A DNA stretch of 64,000 nt from a virus: IMG/VR virus record IMGVR_UViG_3300042350_001802, positions 63,228-127,227 of that record; one strand, written 5' to 3'. The notes under the pieces were generated by a model that did not search any database, had not been told where the DNA came from, and worked only from the letters and a program-made list of their open reading frames with translations. Shown here one piece after another: positions 9,630-18,235 of the stretch. How positions within the stretch are numbered: position 1 is the first letter of the stretch; each line of letters starts with the position of its first letter. The translations under genes were made by a program, and so were the position numbers.

Positions 9630-12600
9630 TGAAAAGATCTGACTCCATATTATTGAAGTTTTATAATAGTAAACTTCCTAAGTATCAGCAGAAAGGATTA
9701 GTTCTTCCTGGATATGCACAACAGTATATGTCTGGTAGAATGGGTGATCTTCAATCACTTATACCAAGAGTAGATGTAGACTTTGCTAAAAATATAGCTG
9801 CTGCTAGAAAAAGAGATGAGGAAGCTGCACTAATAGCAATTGCTCCTAAACTTTCTTTCATAGGTCCTGCAGATACACGTGTGAGTACACAAATTATAGA
9901 GAAAGAGTTAGCTGAGCAGCGTGCTAGACAAGAAGCTCAACAAAGATCAGCTCTTGCACAGACATTTGGGTCATTTACACCCACTGGTAGTCCTGCTGCT
10001 GGAGCAATAGGTGCTGAGATGTTTGTAAATATGAATCCTATTACAGGACCTGCAATGTCTGCAGGAAGACTTACACAACAAGCACTAGGTGAAAACCCTT
10101 ATGGGTTTGATTCTAATAATGCTTGGTGGAAAAATGCATTAGCTAACTTAGCAGTTGCAGGAGATATTGTTGGAGTGGGGATGCTTGGTAATATGAGATT
10201 GGCACAGAATGCACCAGCAAGTTCTCAAGTATTAAGTAGACTAAATCAACAAATAAGACCTTTACCTTTAGTAAAACCACAAACTGTTTTACAACAAGCT
10301 AAACCTACTGCTTCTGTAATTGGAAAAAATGTTTATGAAAAAGTAGATCCTGAAACTGGAGTGAGTACATTTCAAGAATCTCCTATTACACAGAGGTATG
10401 CTTCTAGTTCAAAACCTATATTTGGAAGAGATGAGCAAGGTGTTTTTTCTGAAATAAATGGTATAAGAACATATGAGTTATTACCTCCAGCTGATGAAAT
10501 AGTTTTAGGAAAACCAGTTAGAAACTCTCTTTTAAATATTACAGAAACTGATTATAATATTGTCATTAATAGATTACGCAATATACCAAAAATAGATAGA
10601 TTCTTAAGTGGTCCTTCAGGAAATATAGCAACTTATCGTATTCTTAGAGATTTGGGTTATGATGTTGGTGGTATGAGTTCTTCTCGACAAATAAGAGATA
10701 TGGTTAGAACTCTATCTGAAAATATAAATCAAGGAACAAACTTTGATGATGCTATTAGATCTACTATAAAATCTTATCTTACTGTGCCAACAAGTGGTTG
10801 GGAAGGTTATAGAGGAGGATTATCCAGTAACTATACTTATGATGCAAATTCTTGGACTAATAGAGGAAGTTTTTTAGGAAACCTTGTTCAAAAAATAAAA
10901 CGTCAAGCAAATACGGTTGACTATCAACTAGGAGATTTTTATAGAAGTCTTACCGCAAAAACACCACCTATTTATAATCAACAGTCATTAGTTGATGAAA
11001 TAAATCAAGAACTAGCAAAAGGTGTAGGGGTGAAAAAAACAAACCTTCCTTTAAGAATAGAGTTAAACTCAGGGAATCAAAATATAAATGATTTTTATTT
11101 AAGAACCTTTATTGATGATAAACTTGCAGGAGATATTAATCTTGTAAGAAATATAGGTCCATATACAGGGGGTCCTAGAAAAAAACTCACTGAAATATTA
11201 TTTAGTGATAATGTTAATAATGCTTATACTAAGTGGTTAAAAACCCCAGGTTTTTTAAAAAGGGGAGATTTTCCTTTATCCTATTATCAAGGAGCTAATT
11301 TAAAACAGCAGGGTATAAGCGGTGAATTTAATAAAGCTATTAATGAAGTTCTTAAGCGTAGAGGATTTGGAAATATTTTAAGTGGTGGTACAGGACATTC
11401 TACTCTTGGAAAAGAAAGATGGGAAAATCTTGTAAAAAGAGGTCTTGCTGAATTTTTAGGTGATCAATATTATAAGTTGAAAAAAAAGGGTGGTCCTATA
11501 GTTAATCCTCGTGGATTTATGGATGGTGAACCTCCTAGAGGATCTAACTGGAGAATACCTGGTGATACATTATACAACCCCACTCCAAATAAAATACGTG
11601 CTATTTCTGATAACGGTATAGAAAAAACACTTAATCCTTTTGATGAAACGCAAGTAAACTTTCCCGGTGCTCAATATGTTGATGAGTATAAGATGAAAAT
11701 GGGAGGACTATCTCCTAACAAAGCACGTGAGATATTACACGATGGTACAGTGCATGGTCGTCCTTTAACAGAAAAGCAGCGTAGATTCTTTGGTGCTATG
11801 TCTAAAGGAAACACTAAAAAGTATCAACTCGGTGGTAATGCTTTAGCAATGCTTAGAGATTATGGTGGAGGAATCTCAGTTGCTTCTCTTAACTCACCAC
11901 TTCCTAAAGCGCAAGGTGGTCTACCTATTAAGTCAACAACACCTATTATATCTCCAATACTTGAACTAACAAAGATTTTGACAGGAGTTACAGGAGATAA
12001 AAAAGAAACTGTTTCTAATAAACCTAAAGTACCAGAAGTAACACTTGAAAGGTATTTTAATGTTGTAGATCCTAGAAAGATTAGAGCAACCACTGGACAA
12101 CCTATTAACCCTAATGTTGATCTTGTTGCTGGTCAATATCCAACAAGATATATTACACAAGATTTAAAGTTAGCTAAACAAAAAGGTCTTTCAAAAGAAG
12201 ATGCATGGAATCTTGCAGCAATAGCTTTTCAGGAATCAGGATGGGGTAAGACTGATAGTAACTTGGGACATGTTTTAGGACCCGCTGGTAAGGGGGACTA
12301 TGGTAGTACTCTTATTAATGCTTATATGAATAAGATGAAAGAAGCAGATCGTTTGGGTATTACTGATCCGTATACACGTTTACAAGTGTATAACGGACTT
12401 GGAAAGATATTTCCTTCTACAGAACAGAAGTATCATAGGTTTAAAATGAAGAAGATATATGGAGTACCTGTTCCACAAGGAGGATTAAATTTGAGAGAAA
12501 ATCCTTTATATGGAAAACAAGTGGTTGATATCCGCGAGAATGTTCTTAAAAAGAATCCTAAGTTAGTAGAATACATTGATTCTCTATACAAAAAAAATGG

Positions 12601-12889
12601 TGGATCATTTGGAGCGTTCGGATATGTAGGAAAGGGGTGGTATAAGAATGGTGGTCAGCATGGAGGATTAGACAGATGGTTCGCTGAAAAGTGGGTTGAT
12701 GTAAAGACAGGTAAACCATGTGGTAGACAAGAAGGGGAAAGTAGAGCATACCCAGCATGTAGACCTAGCAGACGCGTATCATCTAAAACTCCTAAGACTA
12801 GTGGAGAGATGAGTTCATCTGAAAAAGCAAAGTTTAAAAGTAGTAAAACATCATCACAAAGAATACCTTACAATCATAAAAGACGATAA
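9629..12889 (+). CDS. Modular virion cargo protein (GNAT-like segment, SLT/lysozyme-like domain, small basic domains)
   Basis: Segments separated by xxxGG motifs; AIAFQESGWG...VYNG (SLT-like); C-terminal WFAEKWVDVKTGKPCGR domain. Confidence 0.55.
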   Translation: MKRSDSILLKFYNSKLPKYQQKGLVLPGYAQQYMSGRMGDLQSLIPRVDVDFAKNIAAARKRDEEAALIAIAPKLSFIGPADTRVSTQIIEKELAEQRARQEAQQRSALAQTFGSFTPTGSPAAGAIGAEMFVNMNPITGPAMSAGRLTQQALGENPYGFDSNNAWWKNALANLAVAGDIVGVGMLGNMRLAQNAPASSQVLSRLNQQIRPLPLVKPQTVLQQAKPTASVIGKNVYEKVDPETGVSTFQESPITQRYASSSKPIFGRDEQGVFSEINGIRTYELLPPADEIVLGKPVRNSLLNITETDYNIVINRLRNIPKIDRFLSGPSGNIATYRILRDLGYDVGGMSSSRQIRDMVRTLSENINQGTNFDDAIRSTIKSYLTVPTSGWEGYRGGLSSNYTYDANSWTNRGSFLGNLVQKIKRQANTVDYQLGDFYRSLTAKTPPIYNQQSLVDEINQELAKGVGVKKTNLPLRIELNSGNQNINDFYLRTFIDDKLAGDINLVRNIGPYTGGPRKKLTEILFSDNVNNAYTKWLKTPGFLKRGDFPLSYYQGANLKQQGISGEFNKAINEVLKRRGFGNILSGGTGHSTLGKERWENLVKRGLAEFLGDQYYKLKKKGGPIVNPRGFMDGEPPRGSNWRIPGDTLYNPTPNKIRAISDNGIEKTLNPFDETQVNFPGAQYVDEYKMKMGGLSPNKAREILHDGTVHGRPLTEKQRRFFGAMSKGNTKKYQLGGNALAMLRDYGGGISVASLNSPLPKAQGGLPIKSTTPIISPILELTKILTGVTGDKKETVSNKPKVPEVTLERYFNVVDPRKIRATTGQPINPNVDLVAGQYPTRYITQDLKLAKQKGLSKEDAWNLAAIAFQESGWGKTDSNLGHVLGPAGKGDYGSTLINAYMNKMKEADRLGITDPYTRLQVYNGLGKIFPSTEQKYHRFKMKKIYGVPVPQGGLNLRENPLYGKQVVDIRENVLKKNPKLVEYIDSLYKKNGGSFGAFGYVGKGWYKNGGQHGGLDRWFAEKWVDVKTGKPCGRQEGESRAYPACRPSRRVSSKTPKTSGEMSSSEKAKFKSSKTSSQRIPYNHKRR

Positions 12890-12890
12890 T

Positions 12891-14825
12891 ATGGCAAACA
12901 AACCTAATAACCCATCACTCTGGTCTAAAGCTAAATCATTAGCTAAGCAGAAGTTTGATGTTTACCCATCTGCATATGCTAACGGATGGGCAGCTAAGTG
13001 GTACAAATCTAAAGGTGGCACTTGGAGAAAAGCACAAGAAGGAATAACAGTTCCTTATTCTAAAGAGTATGTGGACTCACTTCGTAACAAATGGATTAAT
13101 TTTTATAATAATCCCGCTTCTTTAGTAGAATCTCCAAGCATGGATGATAGATTTGATGACTTTTACTATAGTGAAGCTAGAAAGATTCCAAAGGTTAAAA
13201 AAAATGTTTCTGGATGGATAAAATATTATGATAATGGAGAAAATGAATTTGAAATGGGATCTAAAGATAACCCACCTTCTAATTTTGGTAAACCTATTCC
13301 AGGATATAAATTTATTGAAAACGTTACTATAACAGAAGAACCTGATACTAGTGAACTTTCTAGACTAGTAAAAGCTATAGCTACTACCGAACAAGAAAAA
13401 CCTCGTCATTTAAGAAGTGTAAATTTTCCAAGAGAACTTATGCAAGTGGGTGGATTATTTCCACGTTTTATGCAAGACGGTGGTGAACCTGATGGAGGAA
13501 TGGCACTTGGTCAGATGGCTGCTGTTATAGATAAGCTTAGCAAACTACGCGAGTTTATTAGTGAAGACTCAGATCTTGAACCATGGGTTAGTTCTAAGCT
13601 TGCTGTAATGGATCATTATGCTGACGCTGTATCTGATTATATGATGTATGGTGCAGAAGGAGATCAGGAAGAAGAGGAAGAAGAGGAAGAGGATGAAGAA
13701 CTTTCTGAAGATGAAATGGAAGAGATGAAGAATGGCGGTATTCCTGAGCGTTATAGAAAACGCGGGTTTACTAGAGTGGGAGCAAAACGTAAGTCTAATC
13801 GTCCTGGTAAAAAATGGATGGTGCTTGCTAAGAAAGGTGATAAGTATAAGATTGTACACGGTGGGTATAAGGGTATGCAAGACTACACTCAGCATCGTAA
13901 CAGAAAACGTCAAAAGAACTTTTGGAACCGTATGGGTGGTCGTAACTCAGGTAAAGCAACAGATCCATTTTCTCCTCTATACTGGCATAAACGCTTTGGT
14001 ACATGGCAAGATGGTGGTAATACAAATAACAATTTAAATACAAACTTTATGAATCCTCTTTATGATTTCATCCAGCGTGCTCAGATGGGTGGACAACAAC
14101 AGTCACAAGATGAGCAATTAATGCAGATTATTGCTATGTTTGCTCAGATGCAAGGTATTGATCCTCAAGACCTTATGCAGCAATTACAGCAACTTTCTGC
14201 TGAAGAACAACAACAAGCTATTATGCAGATGGCACAAGCAGTACAACAACAGGGTGCTGATGGTCAACAGCAGATGATGCGTAGTGGTGGTATGCCATGC
14301 TTTGAGTGTGGTGGTAAGTATGGTGCGGGTGGAGAAATGGGTGGTCCTGTGGAACTTCCTGCTCTTCCTGTAGATATTTACGGTATCCCCACTTATGGTG
14401 GTGGAGGTGCTGCTTATCTTAATCCCTACACTGATGCTATGATGGAAATGCAAGATGGTGGTAAACCTGAGTGGTTAATTCGTGCACAACTTAAAGCACA
14501 AGGATATAGTGGATCTGCTTTAGAAAATAAGATGTCACAAATGAAACAGGGTGGTATACATATTAATCCAAAAAATAAAGGTAAATTTACAGCAAAAGCT
14601 AAAGCTGCTGGTATGGGTGTACAAGCGTATGCTAGTAAGGTGCTTGGAGCTCCTGAAGGACAATATCCTGCATCCACTCGTAGACAAGCAAACTTTGCAC
14701 GCAATGCTGCTGATTGGAAAAAACAAGATGGTGGACTTGCAATTGGAACAGTTATTGAGGATGCTGATGATGAATTGATTAACCGTTTAAGAAACGAAGG
14801 ATATACAATTGAAATTGTAGGATAA
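12891..14825 (+). CDS. Modular virion cargo protein made of small basic, acidic and Q-rich domains
   Basis: More than ten xxxGG motifs; YPSAYANGW, DUF5754-like KKWMV...SPLYW and IHINPKNKGKF modules; poly-E and poly-Q tracts. Confidence 0.55.
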   Translation: MANKPNNPSLWSKAKSLAKQKFDVYPSAYANGWAAKWYKSKGGTWRKAQEGITVPYSKEYVDSLRNKWINFYNNPASLVESPSMDDRFDDFYYSEARKIPKVKKNVSGWIKYYDNGENEFEMGSKDNPPSNFGKPIPGYKFIENVTITEEPDTSELSRLVKAIATTEQEKPRHLRSVNFPRELMQVGGLFPRFMQDGGEPDGGMALGQMAAVIDKLSKLREFISEDSDLEPWVSSKLAVMDHYADAVSDYMMYGAEGDQEEEEEEEEDEELSEDEMEEMKNGGIPERYRKRGFTRVGAKRKSNRPGKKWMVLAKKGDKYKIVHGGYKGMQDYTQHRNRKRQKNFWNRMGGRNSGKATDPFSPLYWHKRFGTWQDGGNTNNNLNTNFMNPLYDFIQRAQMGGQQQSQDEQLMQIIAMFAQMQGIDPQDLMQQLQQLSAEEQQQAIMQMAQAVQQQGADGQQQMMRSGGMPCFECGGKYGAGGEMGGPVELPALPVDIYGIPTYGGGGAAYLNPYTDAMMEMQDGGKPEWLIRAQLKAQGYSGSALENKMSQMKQGGIHINPKNKGKFTAKAKAAGMGVQAYASKVLGAPEGQYPASTRRQANFARNAADWKKQDGGLAIGTVIEDADDELINRLRNEGYTIEIVG

Positions 14826-16183
14826 TGAAGATACTTATCAAAAATACACCTCTTCCTAAAAATCAAATAGGAAAGTATATTCCTAAGTTTCCTCCTGGTT
14901 ATTTACAAGCAATGCAGATGACTGGGTGGAATCCTTCTATGACACCATTTACATTTCCTCAGAGTATGATTAGTAATGTAAATATTACACCTATTAATAT
15001 ACCTTTAGATGGACTAGTAAATGAATCTACTGTTGATCGACCCCCTTCAGATATATTTCCATATGATTTTATTGGACCTGAGTTAGAAGGACAAGAAAGA
15101 GAACTTGACCCTGTAACCAAAGCTGCTTGGGAACAAGCACAGCGTGATGCTGCTATAATTGGAACTAGAGATACAGATGATGGAGAAGTTAGATATAGTG
15201 CAGAGGATCTTATGAAAATGAGACAACCTAAAACTACTATTACAACCACAACTTCACAACAGAATCTTTCTGGTCCCATTCTTGCTTCTATGATTACAGC
15301 TGGGTTATCTGGTCTTGGTAACATGTTGCAAAAAAATAATTTACAACAAGCATCTAGAAGGTTTCAGATAAGATCTGGAATGACGGATAGTTATTTTCCA
15401 GTGATTCCAAATTTAACAAGTAGAGGAACAACAGAAATTAATACAGGAGAAATGTTTCCTAATCTTCGTGTTCCTGTGCAGTTTCCTGGTAATCCATATG
15501 CTTCTATAAATCGTCAACCCTACTTTGGAATGGCGCAAGAAGGTGCGTTAATTCCAAAAGTTCCTTATGATGTCCCATCAATTAGTATACCTACAACTCC
15601 ATCGTTTAACTATACGATGGGCACTGATGTTTATTCAGATAGAGAAGAAGCATCATCTATATATCCATCAACAGAATCTTCTAGTGTAAATATAGTGAAC
15701 TCAGATACAAATGCAGAGATTTCATTTACACATAATAATCCTTTAAACATTCATTACGGTGATTTTGCAAGAAAATATGGTGGGACTAAAGGGCATCCAG
15801 ATAGTGATGGAAATGTTGCTATTTTCCAAAATATTGATACTGGAATAACAGCAGCTAGAGATCTTTTATTTGGTCCCACTTATAGAAACCTTACAATTTC
15901 ACAAGCAAGAAAAAGATGGGTGGGTGGACCTAGCAATTCTATTTCTAATATAGTAAAAGCTATGGGTGGAGATAAGCTTTTAAGTAGTATGACTGTTGAA
16001 GAACGTGAAAAGCTTATTAAAGAGTTTGCGAGATGGGAAGGTAAACAAGCGTACAATCTTTTAAAAGATATGAATTTAAAACCGTATCTTAATGATGAGT
16101 ACCGTGAAGGAGGAGAATATGACCTTACAGATGACGAAATAGATTATATATTAGCTAACGGAGGTGAGATAGAATACCTCTAA
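14825..16183 (+). CDS. Virion cargo protein with an NNPxNI-type lysozyme-like domain
   Basis: HNNPLNIHYG...AIFQNIDTGITA...LTISQARKRW; C-terminal YREGGEYDL...LANGGEIEYL module. Confidence 0.55.
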   Translation: MKILIKNTPLPKNQIGKYIPKFPPGYLQAMQMTGWNPSMTPFTFPQSMISNVNITPINIPLDGLVNESTVDRPPSDIFPYDFIGPELEGQERELDPVTKAAWEQAQRDAAIIGTRDTDDGEVRYSAEDLMKMRQPKTTITTTTSQQNLSGPILASMITAGLSGLGNMLQKNNLQQASRRFQIRSGMTDSYFPVIPNLTSRGTTEINTGEMFPNLRVPVQFPGNPYASINRQPYFGMAQEGALIPKVPYDVPSISIPTTPSFNYTMGTDVYSDREEASSIYPSTESSSVNIVNSDTNAEISFTHNNPLNIHYGDFARKYGGTKGHPDSDGNVAIFQNIDTGITAARDLLFGPTYRNLTISQARKRWVGGPSNSISNIVKAMGGDKLLSSMTVEEREKLIKEFARWEGKQAYNLLKDMNLKPYLNDEYREGGEYDLTDDEIDYILANGGEIEYL

Positions 16184-16185
16184 AC

Positions 16186-18174
16186 TTGAATAATATGAAA
16201 CGCAAAGTAAAAATTGTTAAGAAACCTAGTTATGAATCAGGTGGGATGCACACAGGTGATCAGCAAAACTATGGACTATATCGTGGTGGTGGACAGATGC
16301 ACGATTATATGACAGGTCCTGAACAAGCATCCACTGAAGGTATTCGTACAATGTATCCTGAAGTTCCTCGTGATCAAGCAAGTATTGAAGTGGAAAAAGG
16401 TGAATATATTATACCAGCAGATATGACTGCATTATATAAAGTGGGTGGAAAGAAACACTCGCAAGGCGGTACTCCCGTATATGCAAAAGGTGGTGAGTAT
16501 GTCGTATCTGACTATATAACAATGCCTGATGGTTTGCAAGAACTGTTAGGTTTTGAAGGAAAAACGCGTAAGAAAAAAGACAATACTATTGCTGCTCTTC
16601 TTGGTGACAAGGTGGATGCTAAAGAATACAATCGTCTTAGTAAAATTATACAAGATGATTTAAGTGGTAAAGATGTAGATCAGTTTGAACTTGCGACAGC
16701 TCGTAATAGAATGCCATTATATCAAGAGTATGTATCTAAAGCTGCATTTGGTGGTGAAATGGCAAAAGCGTTACAAGGAAAAGATTATGAGATTCCAGCT
16801 ATTGCTCAACCTGCTATGGAAAAGATTATGATGGGGTCAAGACTTAATATGGTAGAACAAGAACCTCTTGCAGAAGCTAAAATGGGTGGTGAACTTGTTA
16901 AATATCAAACACGTGGTAAAGTTCCTAAATCTAAAGTGCAAGAATATTTAACTCAGGGATGGGCAGCAAATCCAGAAGGAACTGTTCTTTCTAGAACAGT
17001 ATCTAGTCCAGGGACTCTGACTCCTGGGAAAACAATTGTTATTCGCAATACAGGTTCTGTAAACGATTATGATTATGTAAAACAAAATCCTTCTGAGTTT
17101 CCTAGTTTTTTAGTTAAATCAGGATGGGGTCAAGCACCTGATGATCTTGCACGTAAAGCTTGGGAGACATGGAGATTAACAACACAACGTCCTACATATA
17201 CACCAGGGACAAGTACAACAGAATATATGGATGTTGTTTCTGAAGAAGCTCCAGGTGTAACTGGTAGTACAACTGGAACAACTAGTGGTGATAAACCTGC
17301 TAATGGAAATGTAACTATTAAGATTACTGGTAATAATACAGGAACAACAGGGGGTAAATCAGAAACAACAGGGGGTGATAGTGGTACAGAATCATCAACT
17401 TATAAACAACCATGGACATCTGGTGCTCAACCTTGGTGGACACAAAATGTTCTTCAAACAGGAATGCTTGCTGCTGATTTATTTAATAGACAAAGAATAG
17501 GACCTTGGGAAGCTTCTGTTGATGCTGTATATCCTACTGCAGTGTTTAGAAGTCCTCGTCAAGCTATTGCTGCTATACAATCAGATGCTGCTAGTGCAAG
17601 ACGTGCTGCTGCAATGCTTGCTGGTCCTCAACGTTTTGCTGCTACTAATGCTGCTATATCTGCACAATCTGTACGTCCAATCATGCAAGCAGAAGAAGCT
17701 GTTAATGCAGCTAATCAAAATGTTGCTAATCAACTGACTATGCAAGCTATTCCTGATGTAGCTAATAGATTGGCAATGATGAGAGCAGATCGTGCTACAA
17801 GATTGTACGATAAGAACACTGTATTATCTGCTCAAGCTAGAGAAGAAGATCGTATGAAACTTGCAGCACTGCTTGAAAAAGGAATTATTCCTGGAATGAA
17901 AGAAGCTATGAAAACATCTTGGTTGAATGCACTCACTAAATATCCTGTAGACCCTAGAACAGGTGTTATGTATTTTAGAGGTGGAAAAGATCTTAATGAA
18001 GATCCTACAAGTCAAGGAAATATAGAGTCTGATATTGCTACAATAGAACGTCTTAAGAAAATGGGACTATCTGGAGATGAGGCAGTTAAGTATGTTATTG
18101 GAATGCGTTCATCTAGCAGACGTGGTGGTCAATCACCTGAAGAACTATTTTTAAGAATGCAAGGACTCATTTAA
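16186..18174 (+). CDS. Virion cargo/ejection protein
   Basis: IEVEKGE...GKKHSQGGT motif, T/G-rich linker and A/Q-rich helical C-terminus; no Cys seen. The real start may be the ATG at 16195. Confidence 0.55.
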   Translation: MNNMKRKVKIVKKPSYESGGMHTGDQQNYGLYRGGGQMHDYMTGPEQASTEGIRTMYPEVPRDQASIEVEKGEYIIPADMTALYKVGGKKHSQGGTPVYAKGGEYVVSDYITMPDGLQELLGFEGKTRKKKDNTIAALLGDKVDAKEYNRLSKIIQDDLSGKDVDQFELATARNRMPLYQEYVSKAAFGGEMAKALQGKDYEIPAIAQPAMEKIMMGSRLNMVEQEPLAEAKMGGELVKYQTRGKVPKSKVQEYLTQGWAANPEGTVLSRTVSSPGTLTPGKTIVIRNTGSVNDYDYVKQNPSEFPSFLVKSGWGQAPDDLARKAWETWRLTTQRPTYTPGTSTTEYMDVVSEEAPGVTGSTTGTTSGDKPANGNVTIKITGNNTGTTGGKSETTGGDSGTESSTYKQPWTSGAQPWWTQNVLQTGMLAADLFNRQRIGPWEASVDAVYPTAVFRSPRQAIAAIQSDAASARRAAAMLAGPQRFAATNAAISAQSVRPIMQAEEAVNAANQNVANQLTMQAIPDVANRLAMMRADRATRLYDKNTVLSAQAREEDRMKLAALLEKGIIPGMKEAMKTSWLNALTKYPVDPRTGVMYFRGGKDLNEDPTSQGNIESDIATIERLKKMGLSGDEAVKYVIGMRSSSRRGGQSPEELFLRMQGLI

Positions 18175-18228
18175 ACATTATAAGTTTAGTTTTAAACTTC
18201 GAAGATTTATTGTTATATTATAAGTAGA
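18172..18228 (+). promoter_or_regulatory. Tandem TAAAC-N7-(G/A)TTTA palindromes plus putative late promoter (ttgttatattataagtaga)
   Basis: Sites at 18172-18188 and 18193-18209; matches the element at 2216-2274. Confidence 0.55.
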
Positions 18229-18235
18229 GAATACC

